Shown: positions 1-12,451, numbered from the whole stretch's first letter. The stretch is DNA of 52,553 nt, filler included, from Sanchytrium tribonematis (GCA_018985235.1; 6 parts of 6 records of this genome joined end to end with filler, not necessarily neighbours in it); one strand, 5' to 3'. The notes: generated by a model not told the origin, from the sequence alone. Made by a program: numbers and translations.

Positions 1-358
1 TTTCAATGGTACAACAAACAACCTGAGGGTACTTGTGAGTTGTGACTTGTTCTTCCCCAGTAATCAGATTGCATTCAATTCCTTGTTCTTTCAAACTTTC
101 AAATACTTCGAATGCCATCAACCGCAAAGGGGCACAATATATACCACTTTTGGCCTTCTGCAATGCTTTAAGAGCGGAATATGTCTTTCCACTATTTGTA
201 GGACCACTGTGAAATGTAATTTGTCGGCCCATTTTTTTTGCATCAATTTTTCTAAATGACGCAATGTCTTGGGCGACTTTTCTGAGTTTAGGGTTTCCAA
301 TCTCAATTGCTTCCACCTTTCCATTCACTTTTCTTTTAAATTGAACAGTGGAAATCAT
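1..358 (-). CDS. SUV3: Mitochondrial RNA helicase Suv3, N-terminal part (runs off the window; not in the ORF track)
   Basis: Manual translation from ATG 358: MISTVQF...AKKMGRQITFHSGPTNSGKTYSAL...SGIYCAPLRLMAFEVF...CNLITGEE...CCTIE; Walker A and PLRL motifs typical of Suv3. Confidence 0.92.
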   Translation of the reverse strand, partial: MISTVQFKRKVNGKVEAIEIGNPKLRKVAQDIASFRKIDAKKMGRQITFHSGPTNSGKTYSALKALQKAKSGIYCAPLRLMAFEVFESLKEQGIECNLITGEEQVTTHKYPQVVCCTIE

Positions 359-690
359 TATTCTACAATGAAGCGGGCTTCTCCCTGTTTCGCCGTTAAG
401 TTTGAAAATACAGGATTTTATTTCACAAACGAACACAAGTACATTTATTTTTAAAATTTTATAGGTACTGAAAGGCAATGTAATGCAGCAATGGACCAAT
501 GTTGGTGGCTAGCCACGCACCCCTCAGGACCATATTTCAAATTTCGCAGCGTAATCAACATGGCAACTGCGTTAAGACGAATTGTCAGTTCATAATTCAA
601 TAAACTGAATTTGGGAAAATATATTTAGTTGCGATTCTCTTGAAAACTTAAACGAATAAAAATCGCGAGTTTTAACAAGCCACGTAGAAA

Positions 691-1797
691 ATGTCAACTC
701 CAGTAAATAATCAAAAACAAGAAGTTATGGGGATGTTGATGGTACTACTATCATCATTTACTCTTTCTACATCAGCCATATTTCTAAAAATAGCTGCTAG
801 ATTTCTTCCAAGCGTTGAAATCATATTTATTCGAAGTACTGGGCAACTCATACTCATGTACTTGCTATGTTATTTCAAAAAAGCAGATCTATTGGGTCCA
901 GTAGAGCACAGAAAACTTTTGGTACTACGAGGTTTCTTGGGTGCTGCAGCGGTAACATCTCAATTCTGGGCAATCGTAAATATGGAATTAAGTGATGTTA
1001 ATGTCATTTTGTTTGTTGGTCCTTTGCTTACGTTATTTTTAGCTCGATTCATGTTAAATGAAGCCCTAACACCTACAAAAATTGCCGCTTTGGTTCTGGG
1101 GTTTGTTGGAATTATCTTAGTTTCCAGGCCATCATTTATTTTCGGAAAGCGTGAAAATTCCTCCACATATCCTTATAGATCCACCGCTATTGTTGTGGCG
1201 TTAGTTGGTAGTGTCATGAACGCATTCAATTTTGTACTTATTCGAAAAATTGGAACTGGTGTGCCTTACTTAACAATGGTTTGGCACTTTGTGTGGCCCT
1301 CATTTGTGCTTTCCGTACCATTGCTTTTTGCTACCAAAACTCCAAGGCATTGGCCAACTATGATGGAATGGGTAAACATAGAAATTGTAACAGTAGGATA
1401 TTTGGCCGGACAAATAGTATTAAACATTGGTTTGCAACGCGCACCTGCTGGATCTGGAAGTATCATTAGAAATATGGATATTGTTTTTGGTTTTATTTAT
1501 GGAATTTTGATCTTTGGAGAGACAATACAGTTAACTGGAGTTATTGGCTGTTCTATTGTTGGATTCGTGACATATTTGATTGCAAGAGAAAAATACATGG
1601 AATATATTGCGAAAAAGAATTCCGATGTTGCCAAAAAGCAAGCCATGATTGAGGACGATAATGAAAATGATAACGTAGAATTGTCAGAGTTAAAAACAAA
1701 TTATGGAGCAAAAATGGTCATTGGTGACCCAGACAGTATATCATTACTTTCAAAAGAATCTAAAATCAAGAACGAGCCTTTATTGGAAAAACAATAA
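691..1797 (+). CDS. EamA/DMT superfamily (SLC35G-like) transporter
   Basis: About 10 TM segments in two EamA repeats; LVLRGFLG, LARFMLNE and GILIFGE motifs. Confidence 0.85.
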   Translation: MSTPVNNQKQEVMGMLMVLLSSFTLSTSAIFLKIAARFLPSVEIIFIRSTGQLILMYLLCYFKKADLLGPVEHRKLLVLRGFLGAAAVTSQFWAIVNMELSDVNVILFVGPLLTLFLARFMLNEALTPTKIAALVLGFVGIILVSRPSFIFGKRENSSTYPYRSTAIVVALVGSVMNAFNFVLIRKIGTGVPYLTMVWHFVWPSFVLSVPLLFATKTPRHWPTMMEWVNIEIVTVGYLAGQIVLNIGLQRAPAGSGSIIRNMDIVFGFIYGILIFGETIQLTGVIGCSIVGFVTYLIAREKYMEYIAKKNSDVAKKQAMIEDDNENDNVELSELKTNYGAKMVIGDPDSISLLSKESKIKNEPLLEKQ

Positions 1798-1801
1798 ATA
1801 C

Positions 1802-4498
1802 TTATTTCTGAGATTCACTTTGCAGATTTTTCATAATGTCTTGCTTTTTAATAATTGTATTTTTCTTTAATAAAGCTTCCATTACCTGATTGCGCTCATT
1901 ATTTGGGAGTTTTGAACCCTTGATAAAAACATGCAGCATATCCATATCTCTTTTTAAAGCAGAAGCATCCATTTTTAATTTCGTCATCAATTTGTACTGT
2001 ATTTGCATTAATTCTTGGGCATGTTCGTAGTCACTAATTTGAATGGCACTTTTAGTTTGTTCCTCGTAAATTCTAATTATTTGGTGATAATCTTTTCGTT
2101 TCAAGTAATATTCTATAGCGTAATCAAAATACTTCATACGAAAGTAAATCTCACCCAAATTTATATCACTATTCATCAAAGATGCGTGATACTCGGGTGT
2201 AATTTTGATATCTTTTGTGATGATTTGCTTTAAAGCTTCCTTGTACGATTTACTTTCTAACAAGTCTAGTATAGGATCCCTTTGTTTCCTTTTAGGGCTT
2301 TCTTCTTGTATATCTTTTGGAATATCTAATTTGTTTAAAAGTAATTTGGCTTTCTCAGGATCTGTATTTTGCAAATACTTTGCGGCTTTCAACATCCCAT
2401 TTTTGTCAGTTTGAAGTGAAGTATCATATACATCATAATTATTTTGTATTGCAAGTTCGAGTGCGTGATGCGGGCATTTCGCTTTCAAATAATATCTAAT
2501 TTTTTCTTTAAAATCATCCACATGACAAGCTAAATGATAAAAATCAATTGGTTCAATAGGGTTGGGGTTTTTGTTTAAAAATAAGTTCATCTTGAATAAA
2601 TTTGATCCACTCTTTTGATAATATTCCATGGCTTTTTCATATTTTTTGTTGACTTCGTTAAATTCTCCAATGATATAAAATAATTCTTTTCGGTTAACTT
2701 CTTCTGCCAATTCTTCGTAATCATCTTCCTCCAATATGTTGTAAATCAGAGAATGATTGCAATTTTTATAGAATGTAACTTTATCGACTTCGGCTTCTGG
2801 TGGTCTGGTATCATAATCCAGTTGAAGTAGCAAATCTTCATCGTTTCCATTTAAGCCCAATTTAAATTTGCAGTAATATTTGTTGTTATGATTTAAAATC
2901 AAAAATATAATTAAAGCAGTTTTCAACTCAGGTTGAGAGCATTGTTTTAATTGGTACACATCCATTATATTACAATTCAAGACTGATGTATTATATTGAA
3001 ACATTTGAAGAGATTCTACTTTATCTGTGGTATAATTGGGAAGGCAAAGGTGGGATACAGATGATTGGAATCGATGAACAGAATAAAGCCCATCGAAAAC
3101 AAGGTAAAGACTAGAATCTATTAGGAAAGCATTATATCTTTGATCCCACAAAAAAGACTTTAATGGTACTTCAAGAGTATACGAATCAAACGTATTTGTA
3201 TTAAAAATTAAAAGCCTCTCAGTGTAAACAGCCAAATATTCACCACTATGACTTAATCCAAAGTAACACACATTTTTCATGTCCAGGTGTTGTTCTATAA
3301 TAAAGTTATTGTAAATTGTAAATTTGTCATTCAAAACACAACAAATTTTTTGTTTAATGTCAAATTGTAAATGTTTAATATCATATTGCTTTCTGTCTTT
3401 CGTGAGTATATTATAAGCAACAATATTCTGCGTATTTCCAATGTATACTAATGGATAGCTGATACTAAATAGATTTGTAGTTTTAATGGAATCAATTTGT
3501 TTGCCGTTATAATCATACACTTCCAAATCATCGGAATAAACAAATATGTGCTCATCAACGTGAACTGATTTAATTTGTTTTGTGTTAATTCGTTTATCAT
3601 TGAATAGAATGGTATTTTGATCAATTTGTCGGATTGAGTTGGGCGAGCAGTACAAATATCTCAAATTATATTTTGAAATATCAAAAATTTGCTCTCCAAT
3701 CCCAATAAAATTTTCAAAATATGGGTGCACAGATATTAAAGAGACCCCCAGACAACTGGTGCTTTTAATTGTGAAATCTGACATTTCAATCTCATATACG
3801 TACAAATCATCGTGCTGCACGCACAACAAGGTATCATTCCAAGTTGAAAGTTTCGGAATGAATGATAAATTGATCTGTCTAAGTTGTTGCGTTTCAAAAT
3901 AAAATATAAATACATTTTTTTCATTTATGCTAATGAAATAATCAGAGTTACAGCATAGTATGCTTTCAATCTTCAATTTTATACTGTTGATAATTGTATT
4001 TTGTTTATAATAAGAAATACTTTCTGTATTGATCACCAATATAAGATCATGATGAAATTTCACAAGTAAAATGTTCTTTGAAGAGACTATTTCTTTTAAA
4101 GTTTGAGATTGTAAATAGACTCTACTGCTACTATATAAGAGTAGTTCATCGTGGTCTTCCACTATTCCAATTATAACACAATCCAATGTACTATTTTTAA
4201 ATTTAGTATTTTTTTCAAATACATAAATCAATCCGTACTGTGTATTAAATATATTTTCTGGGATATGCTCAAGTCTCTCTATCTCCACTAAGGAGTTATT
4301 ATACCTGTACAGAGAATCATTTTTGACAATAAAAATTGAATTTGTAAAATATATTTTTGAAACCTGGTCTGTAATAATATGAAAAGGGCCAAGCCAATTG
4401 CGAAGAAGACAGATATGATTGTCCAAGACCAAGCAAGCTGAAGAATTCAATTTGACATCTTCGTATCTTTGATTCAAATTGTTTAATGTAAATGGCAT
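1802..4498 (-). CDS. IFT140: Divergent, shortened intraflagellar transport protein IFT140 (beta-propeller plus TPR solenoid)
   Basis: Beta-rich N-terminal half; C-terminal YEKAMEYYQKS, RYYLKAKCPHHALELAIQNN, MLKAAKYL..PEKAKLL and IYEEQTKSAIQISDYEHA resemble IFT140 TPR motifs as I recall them. Confidence 0.65.
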   Translation of the reverse strand: MPFTLNNLNQRYEDVKLNSSACLVLDNHICLLRNWLGPFHIITDQVSKIYFTNSIFIVKNDSLYRYNNSLVEIERLEHIPENIFNTQYGLIYVFEKNTKFKNSTLDCVIIGIVEDHDELLLYSSSRVYLQSQTLKEIVSSKNILLVKFHHDLILVINTESISYYKQNTIINSIKLKIESILCCNSDYFISINEKNVFIFYFETQQLRQINLSFIPKLSTWNDTLLCVQHDDLYVYEIEMSDFTIKSTSCLGVSLISVHPYFENFIGIGEQIFDISKYNLRYLYCSPNSIRQIDQNTILFNDKRINTKQIKSVHVDEHIFVYSDDLEVYDYNGKQIDSIKTTNLFSISYPLVYIGNTQNIVAYNILTKDRKQYDIKHLQFDIKQKICCVLNDKFTIYNNFIIEQHLDMKNVCYFGLSHSGEYLAVYTERLLIFNTNTFDSYTLEVPLKSFLWDQRYNAFLIDSSLYLVFDGLYSVHRFQSSVSHLCLPNYTTDKVESLQMFQYNTSVLNCNIMDVYQLKQCSQPELKTALIIFLILNHNNKYYCKFKLGLNGNDEDLLLQLDYDTRPPEAEVDKVTFYKNCNHSLIYNILEEDDYEELAEEVNRKELFYIIGEFNEVNKKYEKAMEYYQKSGSNLFKMNLFLNKNPNPIEPIDFYHLACHVDDFKEKIRYYLKAKCPHHALELAIQNNYDVYDTSLQTDKNGMLKAAKYLQNTDPEKAKLLLNKLDIPKDIQEESPKRKQRDPILDLLESKSYKEALKQIITKDIKITPEYHASLMNSDINLGEIYFRMKYFDYAIEYYLKRKDYHQIIRIYEEQTKSAIQISDYEHAQELMQIQYKLMTKLKMDASALKRDMDMLHVFIKGSKLPNNERNQVMEALLKKNTIIKKQDIMKNLQSESQK

Positions 4499-4641
4499 TC
4501 AGTTTCAAAAAATTTTGTTTATAATTTATTGTATCAAAAATCAAACCTAAAGGAAAGTTTTCGATTCAACATGTCACTGTATCACAACGAAATATCCGTT
4601 GTACAACCTAAAATGTTCAAGGGGTACGTCTGAATCGCTCA

Positions 4642-7600
4642 ATGGATTGCCAACTTGTGATTGACAATGGACCAACTTTTAAAGCAAAGGCATTTGGGCA
4701 TTTAGAGAGCTGTTCAGGAGAACTAGTCTTCATGACAAACATGGTGGGATATCCACAAGCATTAACGGATCCCAGTTACCATAAGCAATTGTTAGTTAGT
4801 ACTTACCCATTAGTCGGTAGTTATGGTGTAAACAAAAAGGAACTTGAAAGTGAAAGAATTTGGGCTAAAGCATTAATTATTCAAACGTTACACAAAAGTA
4901 GCCACACTGGCAGTGAAATCGAATTAGATGCATGGCTGAAAGAGGAGAAAGTTATTGGAATCGAAGGAATCGATACAAGAGAATTGACACAATATTTGAG
5001 AGAAAACGGTAGTGCTAAAGCAAAGATTGTGATAAATAATAAGGACGTGCCATTTGTTGATATTAACAAGGAAAACTTGGTTGAAAATGTGAGCACAAAA
5101 AGTGTGATCGTTCATACACCTAAAAAAGTGGATCACACCATAATTGCAATGGATTTTGGAATGAAGAGAAATCAAATTAGTAATTTTTTGCAAAGAAATA
5201 TACAAGTCATTCAAGTCCCTTTCAATTTTGATGTGTCAGATGTTGTATCCAAAAGAAGTTTTGAATTTAAAGGAACTGGCTACAAAATTGACGGCCTCTT
5301 TTTAAGTAATGGTCCTGGAGATCCAGGCATGGTGAAAGAAACTATTGAAATGCTTAAAAAATTAATTAAAAAAGAATTGTCAAAAACTATCATTGTTGAA
5401 AATGGAATGGAATTGACTGAATCTGTTATTCCTATATTCGGCATCTGTTTGGGACACCAATTGTTTTCGTTGGCAGCTGGTGGTAAAACCTCAAAAATGC
5501 AGTACGGAAATCGTGGAATGAACATTCCTGTTTTAGACCGATACACGAATCAATGTCACATATCATCTCAAAATCACGGTTTTCATGTCGCAGAACTGCC
5601 TCCCGGATTCGACGAATGGTTTATAAATGCAAATGATAACACAAATGAGGGTCTAATCCATCCTATTCTTCCATGGGCAACTGTTCAATTTCATCCCGAA
5701 CATCATCCAGGTCCACACGATACAGAATTTTTATTCGATTCTTTTAAAGAGGTACTTGGAAAATCTCAAAAAACAAAATCTATTAAAGCTGGTGATATTT
5801 CATTTTCTAAATTTCAACCTTTTGTAAGCAAACGTGTTGAAGTCAAAAAAGTTCTTGTTCTTGGTAGTGGTGGGCTTAGTATTGGACAAGCAGGTGAATT
5901 CGACTATTCTGGTACTCAAGCTATCAAAGCACTGAAAGAAGAAGGAATTTACACCATTTTGATAAATCCCAACATCGCCACGATTCAAACATCTAAAGGT
6001 TTAGCAGATAAAGTTTATTTCTTGCCAATCACACCCGAGTTTGTTAGAAAAGTTATTTTGAAAGAAAGGCCAGATGGTATTTACTGTACTTTTGGTGGTC
6101 AAACGGCTTTGAACATTGGTGTCAAAATGAAAGACGAATTTGCGGATCTCGGAGTCAAAGTTCTTGGTACGCCTATTGATACTATTATCATGAGTGAGGA
6201 CAGAGATATGTTTGCAGATTTCTTAAGGTCGATCAATGAGCCAACTGCGAACAACAAATCTGCTGACACCTTGGAAGACGCCCTTCAAGTTGCCCAAGAA
6301 ATTGGCTACCCAGTTATTTGTCGCGCTGCCTATGCTCTTGGAGGTTTGGGTAGTGGTTTTGCTGATAACCCCGAAGAATTGAAAGATTTAGTAGAAGTTT
6401 CTTTAAAAAATTCTCCTCAAGTGCTCTTGGAAAAGTCATTTAAAGGATGGCAAGAATTTGAATATGAAGTTGTAAGAGACGCATATAATAATTGCATAAC
6501 AGTGTGTAACATGGAAAACTTAGATCCTCTGGGAATTCATACTGGAGATTCGATTGTTGTTGCGCCTTCCCAAACATTAAGTGACAATGATTACCAAAAA
6601 TTAAGAAATACTGCGATTAACGTCATTAGAAATTTAGGAGTTGTTGGTGAATGTAACATTCAGTACGCCGTGGACCCTGTCACTAGAGATTATTTTATTA
6701 TTGAAGTGAATGCTCGTTTAAGTAGATCTAGTGCTTTAGCTAGCAAAGCAACTGGGTACCCTCTTGCATTTGTCGCTGCTAAGATTGGGCTTGGAATTCC
6801 ACTTTACGAAATCAAAAATAGTGTTACCAAAAAAACTTGTGCTTGTTTTGAACCTAGTTTAGATTATATTGTTATTAAGATGCCTAGATGGGATTTGAGA
6901 AAATTCAGCAGAGTTTCAAGTAAAATCGGAACTTCGATGAAAAGTGTGGGTGAAGTTATGAGTATCGGCAGGACTTTTGAAGAAGCAATTCAAAAAGCTA
7001 TCAGAGCAGTTGAATATTCTTTTGCTGGTTTCCAAAGCCATTACGAATTCGAAGATTTAGAATATGAGCTCCAGCACTCTACAGATAGACGATTATTTGC
7101 TGTCGCTTGCGCTATGGAAAAAGGTTATACAGCTGAGCAGTTAAACAAATTAACTAATATCGATATGTGGTTTCTCAGATGTTTCCAAAATATTATTGAT
7201 ATGTCAAAAACTCTGAAGCAGTCGACTTCCGATATTACTAGAGACTCTCTATTGAATGCTAAAAAGTTGGGATTTAGCGATATACAAATTGCAAAGGCAT
7301 TAAATCTCAGCAGTGAAATCGCGGTCAGAAAAATAAGACTAAAGATGAATATTTTACCTTTTGTAAAGCAAATTGATACAGTCGCAGCAGAATTCCCAGC
7401 TTACACCAATTATTTATATATGACTTACAACGGAAATAAGCACGACCTTAGTTTTGACGACCATGGGGTAATGATTTTGGGTTCTGGTGTTTATAGAATT
7501 GGTAGTAGTGTTGAATTTGATTGGTGTGCTGTTAAAACTGTCAGAACATTAAGAACTAACAAAGTTAAGACGATCATGGTAAACTACAACCCTGAAACTG

Positions 7601-10600
7601 TTAGCACAGATTTTGATGAAGCCGATAGATTATATTTTGAAAATTTGACGCTAGAACGAGTCATGGATATTTACGATGTAGAACAGAGCCAAGGAGTGAT
7701 TTTGAGCATGGGTGGACAATCACCCAATAATATTGCATTACAATTGCATAGACAGAATTTACGTATTTTTGGAACATCGCCCGAAATGATTGACACTGCC
7801 GAGAATAGATACAAATTTAGTAGACTTTTGGACAAACTTAATGTGGACCAGCCTGAATGGAAAGAATTAACTGATATTTCAGCTGCTTACGAGTTTTGTG
7901 ACACAAAATATCCTGTCTTAGTACGACCTAGTTACGTTTTAAGTGGAGCTGCCATGAATGTAGTTTTTGGCAGAGAAGATCTTGAGAATTTCTTAAGTCA
8001 AGCTGTTAGTGTCTCACCTGAATTTCCTGTTGTTATCACCAAATTCATCGAAAATGCTAAAGAGATTGAAATGGATGCCGTTGCTAAAGATGGACATATC
8101 CAGGCAATGGTAATTAGCGAGCACGTCGAAAATGCTGGAGTCCATAGCGGAGACGCAACATTAATTTTGCCACCTCAAGATTTAAGTCAAAGCACCATTG
8201 CTAAAATCCAGAAAGCAACTAGACAAATTGCAAATGCTTTGAATGTCACTGGTCCTTTGAATATCCAATTTATGGCCAAAGATGATGAAATTAAAGTTAT
8301 TGAATGTAACGTGAGAGCCAGCAGATCTTTTCCTTTTGTGAGCAAAGTTCTAGATTTTGATATGATTGAATTGGCAACACTAGCCATTATGCACTTACCC
8401 ATTCCATATCAGATTGAGTCAGAAAATGGAATAGTAATTCCTGAACCTAATTATGTTGGTGTCAAGGTCCCAAAATTTTCATTTAATAGACTTTCTGGAG
8501 CAGATCCAACTTTGGGTGTTGAAATGAGCTCAACTGGAGAAGTTGCTTGTTTTGGGAGTGATAAATATGAAGCCTACTTAAAGGGCTTACTCGCTGCAAC
8601 TTTTGAATTGCCAAAGAAAAATATTTTATTTAGTATCGGGTCTTTTAACGAAAAAATGGAGCTATTGCCAAGCATCAAAAAATTGCATGAGCTAGGATAC
8701 GTATTATTTGCTACTAGTGGCACTGCTGATTTCATCAGTAGCAATGATATTCCTGTCCAGTACTTGGAATTGCAAAATGTGAAAGAGGAGTATAATTTGC
8801 AGTATTATCTTCAACAAAATTTAATTGACTTGTACATTAATTTGCCAAGTAAGAACCAATTTAGACGACCAGCTAATTATGTATCTCAAGGTTACAAATC
8901 TAGACGAATGGCAATTGATTTTGCAATTCCCTTAATTACAAATATCAAATGTGCAAAGCTTTTTATTGAAGCATTATATAACAAGTACGATTTGCAACTG
9001 ATGCCGTTTGATGTCATTAATACGCATCAATCCATTCAGATACCTGGTTTGGTAAATGTTTTTACTGGAAAACTTCAAGACAAAGCAGCGTTGGATGATT
9101 TAACGATGAAATGTTTGGGCAATGGATTTACATATTCCATTTGTCCAATTGAAATGACTGATGCCTACAACTTTTATTCAGACGTCAACATTCCAAATTA
9201 TCTGCAAAAACAGCAGTACTTGCACAGTGGGTATGAAATTAAAAGTGATATTGCTTATCTTCGAGCATCCAATTACTCTTTTGACGATTTGGATAAAATC
9301 ATTAAAAAATGTACTTCTAAATTGATTATGACGGATGCTCAAGATTTGTATTTGAGTCATATTTTATTACTTTGCCAATTGCATGATAAATATTTGCACG
9401 TTTTGGACTGCCAGCAACTCGAGTTAGCAGTTTTTAAATCAAAAATGAATGTTACTTTGGATGTTAATTATAAGAGGGTAACAAAAGACAATTTATCTAA
9501 AATTGACTGTATTTCATTTGATAATATTGAAAACGCTTTGCCTGTTCTTTTAAAAATTATGACAATTGAGCAGCTCGTTGAAAAGTGTTTTACTAACCCT
9601 CTAAAAATATTTATGCTACCGATTCAAAATGACACATACACAATTCTCGAAGACTCTAAGATTCACAAAACTATTTTTAAAACACAATGCGCATATATGG
9701 ATGGCGAATATTTATTGGACATGGAGGAAATCCCGAACCAAAAATTACAAAAGACAAATATCAGAAGAGCTGGCAAATTGGTTGCAAGTAAACGTGTTTT
9801 GACTGTGGAAGGAAAGCAACCCGTCTATCACCAACCAGCAACACCGATCAAAACTCAAGCACCAGAAATAATTCCTAAGAAATCTAATCCTTTTCACCAC
9901 ATGAACCTTTTATCTGTTGACGATTTGTCAAGAAGTGACTTGCATTTCTTGTTCGGAGTTGCACATGAAATGAGAACATTTACCGAAAGAAATGAGATTC
10001 CAAATCTTTTACAAGGTAAAATTTTAGCAAGTGCATTTTTTGAACCATCCACAAGAACCTCGTGCAGTTTTCAAGCAGCTTGGGGAAAGCTTGGTGGTAG
10101 CAATTTAGTTTTGCCTTCACAATCTAGTCAAGTTAAAGGCGAATCATTGACAGATACAAGTAATTATTTCTTATTTAGTTCGCACTCTTTCAAGCTACGC
10201 TGACGTCATTGTTATGCGTCACTCCCAGCCAGGCAGTGTTACAGAAATGGCCAAAATTTCTAGTGTGCCTTTGATAAGCGGTGGAGATGGATCTAGTGAA
10301 CATCCAAGTCAAGCGCTTTTGGATGTATACACAATTAGAGAAGAACTGGGAACAGTTAATAATTTGAACATCACAATGGTTGGAGATTTGAAAAATGGAA
10401 GAACAGTTCATTCTTTGGTCAAATTATTAATTTTATACAAAGTATCCCTCAATTTGGTCTCTCCAAAAGAATTGCCAATGCCTGAATACATCTTTCATAT
10501 TCTCCACAAGCACAATATCAAATATCAAACTTTTACGGAATTATCCCCTGAAATTTTGGAAGCTACGGATGTTCTTTATGTTACCAGATTTCAAAAGGAA

Positions 10601-10810
10601 AGATTTGAAGGGAATGTTGATTACTTTAAAATCACTCCTCAAACTTTAAGAGTTTGTAAACAGCATATGATTATTATGCACCCACTGCCTCGTGTAGATG
10701 AAATTGATGTACTTGTTGACGAAGACGACCGAGCAGCGTATTTTAGACAAATGAGATACGGCTTGTACGTTAGAATGGCACTATTGGCATTAATTGCAAA
10801 TGTGTATTAA
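4642..10810 (+). CDS. URA2: Multifunctional pyrimidine enzyme (GATase-CPSase-pseudoDHOase-ATCase), join(4642..10159,10179..10810), 2049 aa
   Basis: GICLGHQ and QFHPE (GATase); LGSGGLSIGQAGEFDYSG (CPS); FFEPSTRT, HPSQALLD and HPLPR (ATCase). Removing a 19-nt intron gives ESLTDTIRTLSSYADVIVMRH. Confidence 0.96.
10160..10178 (+). other. 19-nt spliceosomal intron in URA2
   Basis: GTAATTATTTCTTATTTAG; excision restores the frame and the conserved ATCase motif DTIRTL..YAD.IVMRH. Confidence 0.92.
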
Positions 10811-10819
10811 GCAAATTTA

Positions 10820-11560
10820 TTAAAAAATAATGTCTGAATCTTTTTCTTCTGTTACGAGTGTCGCATAAGCAGCTGGAGCGACACTGCCTTTAGCCTTGTC
10901 ATCAGCTTCAGCCTGTTCGACATCTCTTTTCTTTTTCGCTTGAACTTTTTTCAATCTATAGAATTCCTCCCTATCCTGTTCATCTAATTCGGAAGTAATG
11001 TAGGAGATGGTATTCTCAATTTTTGGGATTATGACATGCTCAATGGCATTCACACGACGATTGGTCAGTTTAATAACTTCATCTAAAATAACAAACGATG
11101 TTTGCAAAGAAGCAAGCTCCACTAGGGCCTGGACTGCTTTAGTATATAAATCTTTGCATTTGGATAATTGTTGGCCTCCCTTGCCTAGTCCGGCCATTTC
11201 AAACACAGCTCCAGATTCAAGGTAGCTTTCAAAGACGGGTAACAAAACCCCACTGACATTTTCAGTTCTACTTTTAACCTTAAATTTGGCACTTCCTTTT
11301 ATGGAATGTCGCAGTTGAAAGCTGAAATCTCCCATTGCGTAGTTAGCTTCGGCCAGCGAAAATGATGCAATTTGCATAACTTTTCCCATTTTTATTTTCG
11401 CTTCGTGTATTTTTTCTACAATAACTCTAAATTTTTTTGTCAATGCCTCGCTTTTTCTTTTCAATAAAGAATGTCCCGTCTTGGCGCCTTTTAATTTTAA
11501 TTTCATATTTGTTTGTGCCATTCTTGTTGGGAAAATTGCCAATCTGTTTTGAGAGGACAT
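10820..11560 (-). CDS. VMA8: V-type ATPase subunit D
   Basis: [40 protein letters not shown] and [17 protein letters not shown]; start placed at ATG 11560. Confidence 0.96.
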   Translation of the reverse strand: MSSQNRLAIFPTRMAQTNMKLKLKGAKTGHSLLKRKSEALTKKFRVIVEKIHEAKIKMGKVMQIASFSLAEANYAMGDFSFQLRHSIKGSAKFKVKSRTENVSGVLLPVFESYLESGAVFEMAGLGKGGQQLSKCKDLYTKAVQALVELASLQTSFVILDEVIKLTNRRVNAIEHVIIPKIENTISYITSELDEQDREEFYRLKKVQAKKKRDVEQAEADDKAKGSVAPAAYATLVTEEKDSDIIF

Positions 11561-11576
11561 CTGTTTGAAAAAATAT

Positions 11577-12420
11577 TTACTCGAGCTTCCTTTTCTTTCG
11601 TACAAGATGGGATATGTTCGTTGCTGGGCCTTCAACATGTTTCTTGTCAAATCCGACCGTCACTTCTGTTTGTTTGATCTTATCATAATCATTGATATGC
11701 GTGTTCAATTCTTCAAGCTACATTAATATATTGTACTTTTTGAGTTATATCTTGTCGAAGATCTTCTTTATCCTCCCCGACATCCACTTTTTCAAGAATC
11801 TCAAGACATTTTTCTACATACTCCTTAGCTTTCTTAATACGTTCGAGTTCAGGCAAATTCACTATGCTCGAGTCCTTTGCATCCATGGTTTCTGATGGAG
11901 AATTAGCAAATTCATATACAAGTGCGACATAGTAATAAGTATATGCTAGTTTTTTATAATCATTAGCTTCTTCAAAAAGTTTACAACAATTGAGATAACT
12001 TTCTAAAGCTTGCTGAAAGTTTGAATCTTCAAAACATATATCAGCAAGTAGCTGCTCAATTTTCCCCAATACATCATAGCTCATTTCTGCATCTGCAGCA
12101 ATCTGCTTGGCTCTTTCTAAGATATCGAATGCCGCTTCAAAGTCATCGACATCTTCTTCATCTACCTCCAAAAGTGTATACTTCTCTTTGTAGGTGTCAG
12201 AAGATTGTAGCATTTGCTGCTGTTGGCGATCAAAAACATCGTTCTTTTCAACTGCATTTTTAAATAGAGCTTCGGCGTATTCAACCAAATACAATATATT
12301 TTCCGAGGTAAACCCTTTTTGTTCTTCCAATTCGCACAACTCACTGTAATATTGTATAGCATCCTCGTATTGCTTTTCCTTGAAGGCGGTTCGAGCTAGC
12401 GTTTTCAAATCACCAGCCAT
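11577..12420 (-). CDS. NASP/Sim3/Hif1-family SHNi-TPR histone chaperone, join(11577..11717,11737..12420)
   Basis: TPRs with an acidic insertion ([14 protein letters not shown]); after intron removal the C-terminus is [13 protein letters not shown], the NASP-type NLS motif. Confidence 0.85.
11718..11736 (-). other. 19-nt spliceosomal intron in the NASP-like gene
   Basis: GTACAATATATTAATGTAG on the minus strand; excision adds a 46-aa exon ending [12 protein letters not shown]. Confidence 0.88.
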
Positions 12421-12451
12421 CCCTTTGTATTAAAAAATTTGTTTTTGCAAA

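Noticed and set aside
35..454. ORF-track entries 35..259, 118..324 and 269..454
   Set aside because: Shadow ORFs of the SUV3 frame (minus strand, ATG 358)
10141..10214. Programmed frameshift or split URA2/ATCase genes
   Set aside because: A GT-AG 19-nt intron explains the break exactly, as in four other genes
11561..11650. 30-aa N-terminal extension of VMA8
   Set aside because: Starts at TTG and overlaps the true last exon of the NASP-like gene
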